Notes under the pieces: generated by a model
Told to the model about the DNA's origin: nothing
Seen by the model: the letters and a program-made list of their open reading frames with translations, nothing else
Database searches by the model: none
Translations under genes and position numbers: made by a program
Part shown: in pieces, positions 53,470 through 64,000 of the stretch
Position numbering within the stretch: position 1 is the first letter of the stretch
How the letters are laid out: every line of letters begins with the position of its first letter
Source of the DNA: Callorhinchus milii
Taxonomy: Eukaryota
Direction: 5' to 3'
NCBI RefSeq assembly: GCF_018977255.1
Contig: NW_024704743.1
Span: forward strand, 41,666,001 to 41,730,000
DNA: 64,000 nucleotides

Positions 53470-53790
53470 TATCAAACTCGTCTGTCAGTGCTGACACTTG
53501 GATTAAATTCAACCCAGATTGATGGGATGAAAATTTTCTCTATCTGTTGGCTCTCTGTGAAATGAGTTTGGGCAGTGTCAACATAGTTAGTGGTGTTGTG
53601 ACTCAGTTTAAACATGCCTTCAGTTCAGCACTAAAATAGCAATCTGACTCAAGGAGACCATAGGATGACTGATTGGGGTTTAAAGAATGTGTTAGACTGA
53701 TGCATGAAGATGACTCTTCTGTGGTTGGCACTGGGTTGCATCACTTCAATCTGCAGTAGACTGTGCTGTACCTGGAAGTGCTTGATGGAG
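53470..53790 (+). mobile_element. LF-SINE-like element
   Basis: Ordered motifs TGTGAAATGAGTT, GCACTAA, GGGTTG and TGCTGTACCTG match the LF-SINE consensus as recalled. Confidence 0.5.
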
Positions 53791-54859
53791 ACCCGAGATA
53801 CTGGGAATTAGAAAGTGAAGCTCTATATTATATTCATTAATCTGCAAATCGCAACAGTATTTTATTATAATATAACAGTTTGGAGAAAAATTTATTAGAG
53901 AATTCTTATAATTTAGGGATGGGCCCATTTTCTATGTATATATATGTTGTCTTCCTATGGTCTCCATGACAGGGGAAATCTGTAAAATATCAAAGTGTAA
54001 CTAACTGTATAGGAGCTGCACAAATACACAGATATATAAACTTTGCCCCAAAACAGACCACAGATATTTAAAAAGTGTAAATAAGGGTACCCTTAAGACA
54101 ATCGTGTCAGCATCACCAATTGTCTCACATAATGCACTGGTAATATACAGCATATGCAAACTGGATTTATTTGTGAAGATAAATAAGATTTTCCACCACC
54201 ATCATAGCAGGATCCAAGTACATTTCAAGTTGTTCAAATGATATAATTCCAATGGAAGAGAGCCTTGGGCAGGTGTTTATATTCTTGGCTAGATTTGGCT
54301 TATGGCGTTCAATTGAGAAGGTGGCAAATGGTTGTTTCTGTGGCACTCTGTCAAGAATGCAGTTATATCCGACATAGTTTCCTCCTTGCCGGAAGAACAG
54401 CTTATGTGCTGCTTTTCTGAGTCTTCTATGAAATTCTGCCCATTTAGAAAGCCATTGAAAGCATCCATCTGCCCCAGTTTTGGGGACGTGTTATTGTATT
54501 GCTATTGTAATCACCAAGGATGTCACAGGCAAGTTGGGTTGAGGAGGTGGGAGGTGGTAGTAGAACATCAACAAAAAGCAGGAACGTATAAGAGGAAAGT
54601 ATCCTGAGAATCCTCATGTTTATCTATCGGGTGAACAGTTAATGTGGTTCCACAAGTCTAGCTCACAGAAGGGAACGGTGTGATGACTGGGAGCACCATG
54701 CAACTATTACCAGCCCATTGTCTCCACACAGCTTAAAGGAAATTCTCGATCTGTTCATCAGAGCCAAACATCATTTCTAATGATTTTAGCAGGAAGGCCA
54801 CCAGATCCAGAGACAGGATTTGAAAAGTTTGCTGTTCAGGCAATCTGAAGAGCTGCTTT

Positions 54860-55290
54860 GTGTCGAAACAATGTGTCTGCTGGTCTCTGCTGGAAGCAGA
54901 GGAACTGGTGTTTTCTCATTCCAGCAATTGAATAAACACTCTGGAGGGATGCACACAGCTTCTCTAATTCCAGAGAGTATTCAGTACAAGGCAAAGCCTT
55001 GGGGGTCCAGACTGCTGATGAAGGTTAACAAGCTAAAACCACATAGCTTGCCATTGAATGCTGCTGTCCGGCAAGCTTTTCTGCTGCGTGTCCTGTGCGG
55101 ACTACCCTACCTGTAAAGGCTTTGGCTTGTAAGTTTGAACAGGAGCTGAATGGAAAGAATCCTGCCCCCAGCAACCGTTCTGCCCCTCAAATTTCTGCCA
55201 ACAGGTCAGGCTGGCTGGTCTATCATCAGCAGTGCCCTGGAGTACTGCGGAGCTGCCTGACTCATGAAGAGGGTTACTGAGACTGCCACA
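54860..55290 (-). repeat. Unclassified repeat family X, copy 5 (reverse)
   Basis: GGCAAGCTTTTCTGCTGCGTGTCC...GGCTTTGGCTTGTAAG is the reverse complement of the core. Confidence 0.65.
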
Positions 55291-56317
55291 GTGTTAACTA
55301 ATAATTAATGATTAATGAGGATTGAGAGTCTAATAAAATTCAATAGAGGAGATTAAACATAATTATGAGAGGGGGAAAGAGGATTATAGAGAATAGTAAG
55401 AAAGATCCAAAGGTATTTTCGTTTTTAGCTTTAAGAAGTAGTCCATGATTTGAAAAGAAAAGTCCTTCAAAAGAAAAAATGAAATATGATGGTGAATCTG
55501 GAGGTAGTAGATGTGTTAAATGAATTTTTCACATCATTTTTCTTTTTTAATATCTGATTAGGAATAGCATTGAACATTATAAGGATAACTATGGTCAAGG
55601 ATGATCAAATACTCCATAGAACACAAGATTCATGTGTTGCTGGGACGATTAATCTGTGAAAATCAATCAGTTATGGTTGAATGATATAGATTTAAGGTTA
55701 GAAATATATTATAGAATCTCACTCAATTACCTTGATGGGTCATGGAAAAATGTTGTGCACTTTCTTTCAGGAAAATCTAAAATATATTTAATCAGTAATG
55801 CATGCTCCTCACCTGAAGTCATTTGATTTTTTAATCTCACTGGTTGTCTCAGAATCTCAGTCAAGTGCGATTGTGAAGGCTGGCAAACTGACCTTACCCA
55901 GTGTTGACAAGCATACACCTTCTGCAGAGCTAACTAGCTGGAACTAGCTGTTTAGAACTTCTGTTTTCATGGGCAGAGATAAGATACCTATAGGGCTCAA
56001 ACATTTCTAGCCAGTCTGGCTCAACTGCATCTTGCATAAATGCATCATTGAGACAGGGGGTGAGGAAGAATTTCCTTCAAGAGATTTGAGGAGATGCTTT
56101 GATAAGGCAGATTGCATCTTGTCTGTTAAAGGAATGGGATTGTGGCATTGATGACATTTTTTTGTTTCATGCTTTCTGAAACTCTCATCTTCTTAAAACA
56201 TATCAGGAATAGATAGAGCAAGCTCTAAATTCCAGTGAGGTTAGCCATTCCATGATTATACACAGTCCACATAATCTCCCGAGGAAAGGTTCCTACTCCT
56301 ACCTCTCTGGCCTCCAG

Positions 56318-57092
56318 TGTTAGAAAATAAAATCAGCCAAATCTGTAAGGAAATAACGCAAATTCCTCTAATCAGATATCAGACTGTTTTATTATTATTC
56401 GTTCATTATTCTCTAATATCCCGATGGGTCAGACCAAAGGCTGGTACAATCAACAGATCTTATAACAGAATAACACCACTATAGATATCTCGAGTTCAAG
56501 AGTTCAACACTGTGTCTTTCCAGCACACAAGCTTGATTCTTCATGCTTTCAGTCTTCTTGCTTACAGCTTTCAATCTTCCATCTGATATCCTCAGTCTTA
56601 GTGTTTCTAGCTCTCAGTCTTCCATCTCCGTACCCTTGTCTCCGCAACCCGGGATGGCCCCATCTCCCATATCCTTGTCTCCGCAGCCCGGGATGGCCCC
56701 ATCTCCCGTATCCTTGTCTCCATGACTCGGGACGGCTCCATCTCCCGTATCCTTGTCTCCGCGACCTGGTACGGCTCCATCTCCCGTATCCTTGTCTCCA
56801 CGACCTGGGACGGCCCCGTACACAAAGTTATCGGAAATCTTATACCAATGTTCATCCAATCATGGTGCAGACATTAGATCACTTGGTCAAAATTATGCTG
56901 GGTTCACGTGAACATCTCATGGGGTGTACGTACCTCACACACACAAACACACTGTCCTTGAGACAGTCCGTTATCTCATGTACGTGCAGGAAGTTTCAGT
57001 CCAGCTGCACACAACACACTTAACTTAAAAGTTAATCCATTCGCAACATCTATTATGATTCTATCATTATACAAAAAGTGTAAATTCTAACA
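56318..57092 (-). mobile_element. Solo LTR (Gypsy-like), copy B, full length (775 bp)
   Basis: TGTTAGAA...TTCTAACA termini, perfect 4-bp TSD CCAG (56314-56317 and 57093-57096), minus-strand AATAAA near 56388, and five 39-bp units. Confidence 0.9.
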
Positions 57093-57837
57093 CCAGCCAT
57101 CCTGATTCCAATCCCCGGCTCGTATCCAAATATCTGACTCACCAGTTCCTTGGGTCATCCTCCCGATGTGAAAGGTACATACAATTGTAATTTCTTATTG
57201 TTGTTGAATCTACCTTCATTTTTCTCACAGGTAAATTGAATGCAACATCAGAACATTTGTCCAGCCTTCCTCGTCTGACTGCCTTTTCTCAGCAAAACAT
57301 GTTATGGTCTTAATAAAGTGAAGTCTTCATTCAGGAAAGTTCAAAAGAACTTCTGTTCTCTGGCTCAGCACTCATTTCTTGTTAAATAAATTGCTTTCAA
57401 TTACATTAACTGTTCTTCATAGCTTTTCTTTTAAAAGAAATCTGTTCCCTTCAGTCTTTGTTTTTCCAATGAAAACGAATTTGTTCATGCATGTAGAGCC
57501 TATTTTTTTAGAATTATTCTGTCACTTGTTCATGAATACTTTCTTGTTCATGAATACCTGTTAAAAGGAGAGTTCTAAGAATGACAAAGAATTGTCTAAA
57601 TATGGCTTCATCAATTATCTATGCAAGGTTAGAATAGCATTTAGATCATTCTAATTATCCTTGCACTTGGTATGGCGCTGTTCACATCAGAAAGATATCC
57701 CAAAGCGCTTCACAGCATTTAATATAAAGTAGAGAAGCTGTGTATTTGTAGGCAACAATTCGTATGCAGATATCTTTGAGATTGATATAGGCTTTCGATT
57801 CGGATTTGCCAGCCAGGTCACAAGTGTCATGCAGTTT

Positions 57838-58206
57838 AATAATAATCCTTGCATTTGATACAGAACCTTATCACGTCTTTGAGACATCTCAAAGTTCTTC
57901 ACAAAATATACTGTAAAGTGAATTGATTGTATATTTTTGTGGGCAAAAAGCAACAGCCAATTGCATACAACAATGTCCCACAAACATTAATGGATTGATT
58001 GACTAATTATTATTTTTTTTGAAGGGTTTGTTAACCTCAGAAAAGTGATCCACCAATTGACTAACAACTGGGTTCCTACTTACTGCTAGGTAAACAGAGG
58101 CTTGTGGAGTAAGAAAACTTGCCTAATGTTTCACCCTGCCCGGGAATTGAACCCAGATCCTCTTGTTTGCCAGGAGACTACTCTAACTACTGAGCTACAG
58201 GACTCC
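57838..58206 (-). mobile_element. tRNA-derived SINE, long subfamily
   Basis: Complete reverse copy. Confidence 0.9.
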
Positions 58207-58469
58207 AAAAGCAGTTTAGAAGCAATTTAAGCATATCATGAGCTTGATTCAGTGTAGAAAATTGAAGTTGAAGCTGACGAGTTGCTTCAAGTTTAGATTC
58301 TCTAAGATCTGCAAAATGTCTGGTCATCAGTAGTAGATGAATAGACCAATTAAGTTGTAGTCACTGGCCCTTGGTTTGTGGATCTAAAACAATAAAGGAG
58401 GTGTCCTGTTTATCACAGGTTTAAGCATTCTGTATTTGTCTGTTTTGAGGGAAAAACTATCAAGGAAAT

Positions 58470-59115
58470 ATTTGGTTAGATCATAGCAGTTTTGGGTATC
58501 ATATTACAGAAAAGATATCAGAGTCATGGATAGGGTGCAATAGCAATCGATTTATTAGGATGATTTGGAATAAAAGTATTTAAGGTGACTCTTTTTTAAA
58601 AAACTAGGACTGTATTCACTGAAGCAGAAAAGGTTAATAGGGTATTTAAAATGTTGAAACATGTAGAAGGGAAATAGTGAGATTGTTTGCACTTGTTGGG
58701 GAATTAGCAACAAGAGGGCATGGATGCAGGATCATTACCAGAGGCATACAAAAATTAAATACAAAGGTTATTAGGATGTTGTACCACAAGTGGTTATAAA
58801 AGCCAAGCTAAGTCAATTATGTTACTTAAAAGGGAATTAAACACTCAAAGAATAAATATATAAAAAGGGAAAGGAAAAGGCCAGAAAATTAGAATGAGAG
58901 CAGTTAGTTAAATAGACAATCTTTGTAAAATGCTTTGAGACATTCCACTATGTGAAAGGTGATTGTTAGCTCCAATGGAAGAAGCTAGTATGGTACAGCA
59001 CTTTGGGACGTCCTCCCGACGTGAAAGGCACTCTATAAATGTAATTTTGTTGTTGTTGTTGTACAGGCAAACTGGGCAGAATGATCTCCCTCTGTGACAA
59101 TCCTATTTGGTCCTA
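58470..59115 (+). mobile_element. Old CR1 3' fragment with an inserted L2 tail (58995-59061)
   Basis: Degenerate LGLYSL.QKRLIG remnant; short L2 stem-loop and (TTG)n insert. Confidence 0.6.
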
Positions 59116-59610
59116 ATGCTTGGTTAGACCTCTTGATAACTTTAAATCGTCATTTTCATATTGTTATTGGGCATCTGTTCTTTACCAATGAAAACATTCC
59201 TTATGGCAGAATTCTAGAATTATTATTTGCCCTCAAATTATTAAAACAATACAATCAATATATGACTTTGTGATGTACTGAGTCGTATATAATATTAATT
59301 TGAATTTTCTCTCATGGAGGAGAGATGTTCTGTAAAACACGGCTTATGTCAAACTCTTTTCGAAACAGATTCTTGCATTAACTTTTCAAAGGCAAAACTG
59401 AAGCCAATATCAGGAATATATTCAACAAGCCAAGACTTGTACAGAACGAATTTTGTGTTAAAATTGAGGCTGTCAGAGCTACCTGCTAATGATGAGATAA
59501 CTTCTTTATAAATCATTGTCACTTTGCGCCAATTAACCAAATTTTCTTTTCTTGTAAAACAAGATGTTCTTTTTTGGTGAAGGAATCCTGGAACTGTGTT
59601 AAAAATAAAG

Positions 59611-59810
59611 TGAAACAAAAACAATCGCTGGGAAGACTAGGCAGGTCAGGCAGCATCTATAGAGAAAGGAAAGTGGGTCAACATTTTGGTTCCATGACCC
59701 TTCGTAACTTTCCTTTCTCCATAGATGCTGCCTGACCTGTTGAGTGTTCCCAGCGACTTCTGTTTTTGTTTCAGATTTCCAGCATCTGCAGTATTTTACG
59801 TTTTGTTTTA
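59611..59810. mobile_element. Penelope-like pLTR inverted repeat
   Basis: About 65-bp arms (59611-59674 and 59707-59773) carrying GATGCTGCCTGACCTG; the spacer resembles a decayed hammerhead core. Confidence 0.55.
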
Positions 59811-61739
59811 GAAATAAAGTGTGCTGAATGCAGCAGCCATTGTGACCCTGTGTGCAAGCAGTTGAAATCTCTCTCATTAGCTTGGAATGGAAAGAGAACA
59901 ATGCTCTTAATAGAAAGACACCTCATGTATGTCTACTTGACTCAATTTCTTGCCACCCACCTCTGCCAAATATTCACTTTCCTCACAAAAAAAATGGATT
60001 GGAATATTTTTGGAACACTTTGATGGTGGTCCATTCAACACCACTAAATTCTTCTTTCAATGGCAATGATCCCCAGTGTGTTAGATGCCTGCCAGCCTTC
60101 CTGTCTGAGATTGGATTCTCCTGAGTACTCCTACTTTATGTCACATTTCATGTTCCAAATCATGTCATTTTAATTCATTTTTGTGTGACAACTTGACATC
60201 ACCTTTACGTTGTCAGTAACATTTGCAGTGTTCGATACCACCAAAGGAATATTCCCTCCCCTCCCACAATATTTTCTCATGTATGCTTCTGCTGATTTAA
60301 CCAGCAGCCATTTTTGCAGAACCTGACTAGCAATCCACAATCCATGTTCATGTTGCTTAATCCACGTCAATGAATATAAATATAGCTTGCAGGAGGGGAA
60401 GAAGTCTGTGATAGAGCTGAAACCCTGTGAGGGAAGAAATCCATGGAGAAGTTGGATCTTGTGAAGGGCAGGAGACTGCAGAGCAGTTGACGTCCCCGAT
60501 GCAGTTGAGTTGCCAAGCAAGTAGGATGGCATCGGACATCGGGCTTATGGTCAGAGTTGGAGGCGCAAAGCTAACGTGAGAGGCCTGGAGGAGTTGAAGA
60601 GATCTCTGTTGAGTGCTGGCCTTCTAGCCGAGACATTGTTGGTTGGATCTTGAATTTTGTTGTGAGGAGAGGGGGACACAAGGTCTTGACGTAAAACCTA
60701 TTAGACTTGCGTCCATCTCGGGTCTACTAAAATCTGCTTCCTGCATGTATCTGGCAGGAATGTTACAGAGTGATGATGGACACGTTGGAGCATTTGCAGG
60801 GAGGCAACATCAAATGGTCCAGATGATATCATAAATCTGACATGTTTGTTTTAGTATCTGAACACTGAGAGAGAAATTTGGTCCATCACTAATTGGGAAT
60901 TCAATATAGTGGCACAGCATTTCGAAAATTGGGCTTTGGGCCCTGCTGTAGTGTAAGCCAGAGGGAAAGTGACTATCCACTCCCAACACCGGTGGTTTAC
61001 TGACTGAAATTCTGGTGTTTTTTAACAGATTTAACAAGACAATAATTCACTTATCCCACACAACACGCCCCCCCTCAACGCCACCAGACACACACGCATA
61101 CTGTATAAGCTACAGGGGTGAAGATTGTTGTCCAATTTAATTAACTTATAACAAATTATATATTTATCTATTGTCAACAGCAGATGTAATAGTTGACAGA
61201 TTCCTGTGATTCTGCCATGTGATTAGAACTGAAGTGTTATTGCTCTGTGCAATTGGAATTTAAGCTCTATTTTATTTCAATGTCTGTTAAGAGGGAATAG
61301 TATGCCCTGTGTGCTATATGTGATGGGTTCCCACTTCTTAGTTGTTCAGACAGAATGTCCAGATGCTTTGGGCTGCAGACATCACCAGAGCTGCTGTCAA
61401 TGCCACAGTATTGATTGACAATATGTGCACTCTGTGGACCGCAAAGGATCCTTTGACAGTCTCTTCTCCCTTAAGATGGAGCACACCTCTCCCATGAGGC
61501 ACTCCATATATTTATCAGGCTGACAACCAGTTAAACAAACACAGGGGCAGGTAAATTATTTTAAAAACAATTGATGGAGAGAGATCTAACATTTCAGTGA
61601 CACAACTAGATGATTAAACTGCATAATCTTCAACTACATTACTTGAATTTATTAAATGCTTTAAGCTTTTGATTGATTCAACATTTAATTCAAAATAAAA
61701 TATATTTTGTACATAGGAATAAAACTGAGCCAGGTATCA

Positions 61740-62005
61740 GCATTATTAGGATTGCTGTTCTTTGAATGAGATGTTCAACTGAGGTCTTGTCCACCTGTTC
61801 AGGCGGACATTAAAGATCCCATGGCACAATTCAAAATGAGAACACATTTCTCTTTGTGTCCTGGCCAAATGACTTCGTTATTCACTTCATTGCTGTTTGT
61901 GCGATAATGCCTACAAATACACAGCCATTTCACATTGAAGTAAATTCTCTGAAGCGCTTTGAGACATCTCAGCAATGTCATATGGCACTATATCAAATGA
62001 AAGAC
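61740..62005 (+). mobile_element. Deu-domain SINE, 3' part
   Basis: GGACATTAAAGATCCCATGGCAC...GTGTCCTGGCCAA core plus L2-like tail. Another copy with a tRNA head at 62515-62765. Confidence 0.7.
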
Positions 62006-63024
62006 ATACGTTATTGGATTGTATAAATCCTTGTTTTGAACTTAGTTAAACGAGGTAATTAATTTACCACTTTTTCTCTTGTTTATACTAATGGGAATTT
62101 GTGTATTTATTTCACTTAGACCAATAATTAGGTAACTTTAAATTTAATTGATGTGCCTGTGAAAGGAACCAAAGTTTTATTGGATTACCTGGCCCATAAT
62201 TTGAAGCTTTCTCCAGACATAACGGATGAGAACATTTTCCCAAAAATATCCACTTCATAAATACTGCACTGAATTGTTGCCTCTGATATTTATGAAGTGA
62301 ATATTAGTTTATTTTGGAAACCAACTGCTTTGTGATTCTGCATGGGAAAGTTTGAAATTTAATTGTGAGTCTTACGTATGTCAATACATTCGATGTTGAA
62401 GCGAAACCACTTTTTTNCTATTTTCTGACCCTTTTCGACTATAAGCAATGACTTATGTTCTGGTGGAGTTTGACCGACACTGTTAAACCTCCAGGACATT
62501 ATCCAGTCTCTATGTGAGGTCCCATTTGGGAGCACACTCGCCACCTTGTATTGGAAGAATGTGCGTTCAAGTCCCACATCAGGACTTTGAACTCACAATC
62601 CAGGGTGACACTCCGATGCCATAATGGGGGTGTGCTGCATTGTTGGAGGTCCTGTACTTCATTTGAAACATGAAACCAAGGTCCTATCAAACTGTTCAGG
62701 TGCACATTAAAGACGCCTCATTATTCATTAAGAAAAGCACGATTCTCCTGTTGTCTTGGCCAGAAATCCCCCAAATAAGGGAAGTCTGGCCCTGTCACAA
62801 CCAGTCATACATGCACAATTCACTCACTTGCACACAATGGCACAGGTTAACACTCAAGATATAAATTTTGGTTTATCTTTCCACTCCAACTAAGAGCACC
62901 AATTTGTTCTTGTCCGTCCAATACCACCAACAACACCACTACTAACACACCCATGGTCAAATGAGCTAACATTAGCACATGCCTAGAATTCAACATGGAA
63001 TTATCTTGGCCTTTACTGACATTG

Positions 63025-63121
63025 TATCATTATTGATGCAATAAGCTTTAGCTTCCCTGGAGCATTGTATGTATCCACTGAGCCACCAGGGAAGCTAAAG
63101 CTTATTGCATCAATAATGATA
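63025..63121. repeat. Perfect 36-bp inverted repeat with a 25-nt loop
   Basis: TATCATTATTGATGCAATAAGCTTTAGCTTCCCTGG (63025-63060) and its exact reverse complement (63086-63121). Confidence 0.97.
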
Positions 63122-64000
63122 GGGAAAAATATCAAGGAATAACAAATTGCTTATGTATACTTTTGGCTTGTATTTAAAACATTCAGATAAAATAAAAGAA
63201 AACTGTGTCTTTTTGGTTTCTATTTCAACAATAAAACACTGTTTCTTTCAGTGATTTACCAAAGATCCTAAACAATCATGTAACTGTTCTATTCATTTAT
63301 TCCTATAGATTTACACGATATATATGCCTGTATTAGTTTCTATTACAAATGTGATCCAGAAATATTTTTGGAGCTCATCTAAAAAAATCAGTGAGTAGAG
63401 TGAGAAAACAACTTCTGCAACTGAGGCTATACAATGTTAAATTATTTGCAAAAATGGCATGTTTTATTATATATTTTGTATGATCTAAATGTTCAGTCAT
63501 ACCTGTGAGTTCGGAACTATAACAGCCTAAAAATATCCTTAGCTACTGACTGAACAGTGATAAATTGTGGAAATAAATAATTTATTATAAAACCGGAGGC
63601 AACAATGAATCAATGCAACATACAAGAAGCTTGTAGTAGGTAAAAGAAGTCCCCGAAGTTCAGATGTATCTGCCAAATTCATTCAAATGTAAAGCAACCA
63701 AATGCAGGGTTGGAAGAATGACATATTTAAGGAGACCTTTCTACTATTTTGCCTACTATTAATCTGACAAGACAGATTGTAAATTCTCTCTTTGTGGAAA
63801 ACTACAGGGACTGGGTCACTTCAGATCCCAATTATCTGACATGCAAGGAGACAAAGACCACTGTCACTGATAATAAAAGATTCATTAATCAAAGTGATTT
63901 GAACAAGCCAACTATCCTCAAATGACCTGCCTTGCAGGCTAAACAATTCTAACAATCTGCACGCTTTAATAATTTAGATAATCTAAACCTGTCAGATGGG

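Noticed and set aside
56601..57023. Repetitive 'HLPYPCL' protein ORFs, or a CRISPR-like array
   Set aside because: A translation of the 39-bp (multiple of three) tandem unit inside a solo LTR; there are no unique spacers or cas genes.
399..57092. One giant element bounded by the two LTR copies
   Set aside because: The copies are inverted and each has its own distinct TSD.
57213..57236. Recursive-splice-like AG|GT sites (also 24533-24560 on minus and 16490)
   Set aside because: They occur on both strands at a frequency compatible with chance, and the host gene strand is unknown.

Overview
This is AT-rich vertebrate nuclear DNA, not prokaryotic. The repeat complement points to a cartilaginous fish, probably a holocephalan such as the elephant shark (inference from remembered repeat consensi): a tRNA-headed SINE with an (ATT)n tail, L2-clade LINEs with (TTG)n tails, CR1 fragments, Deu-domain SINEs, an LF-SINE-like copy and a Penelope-like inverted repeat. 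The window looks intronic or intergenic and is rich in decayed transposons. No intact protein-coding gene could be identified; the longer ORFs in the track are broken L2/CR1 reverse-transcriptase pieces or repeat artefacts. The most notable items are a small CpG-rich promoter-like island at about 13.4 kb (NRF1, ACTACA, YY1 and CCAAT-like motifs, splice donors on both strands), two inverted solo LTRs of one family with 4-bp TSDs and a variable 39-bp internal repeat, a 1.5-kb LTR-like insert with atypical ends, two independent insertions at the same L2 base, several inverted duplications or hairpins, an unclassified ~400-bp repeat family, and a few orphan exon candidates. Nothing here amounts to a demonstrable new biological system. 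Most repeat boundaries are approximate.
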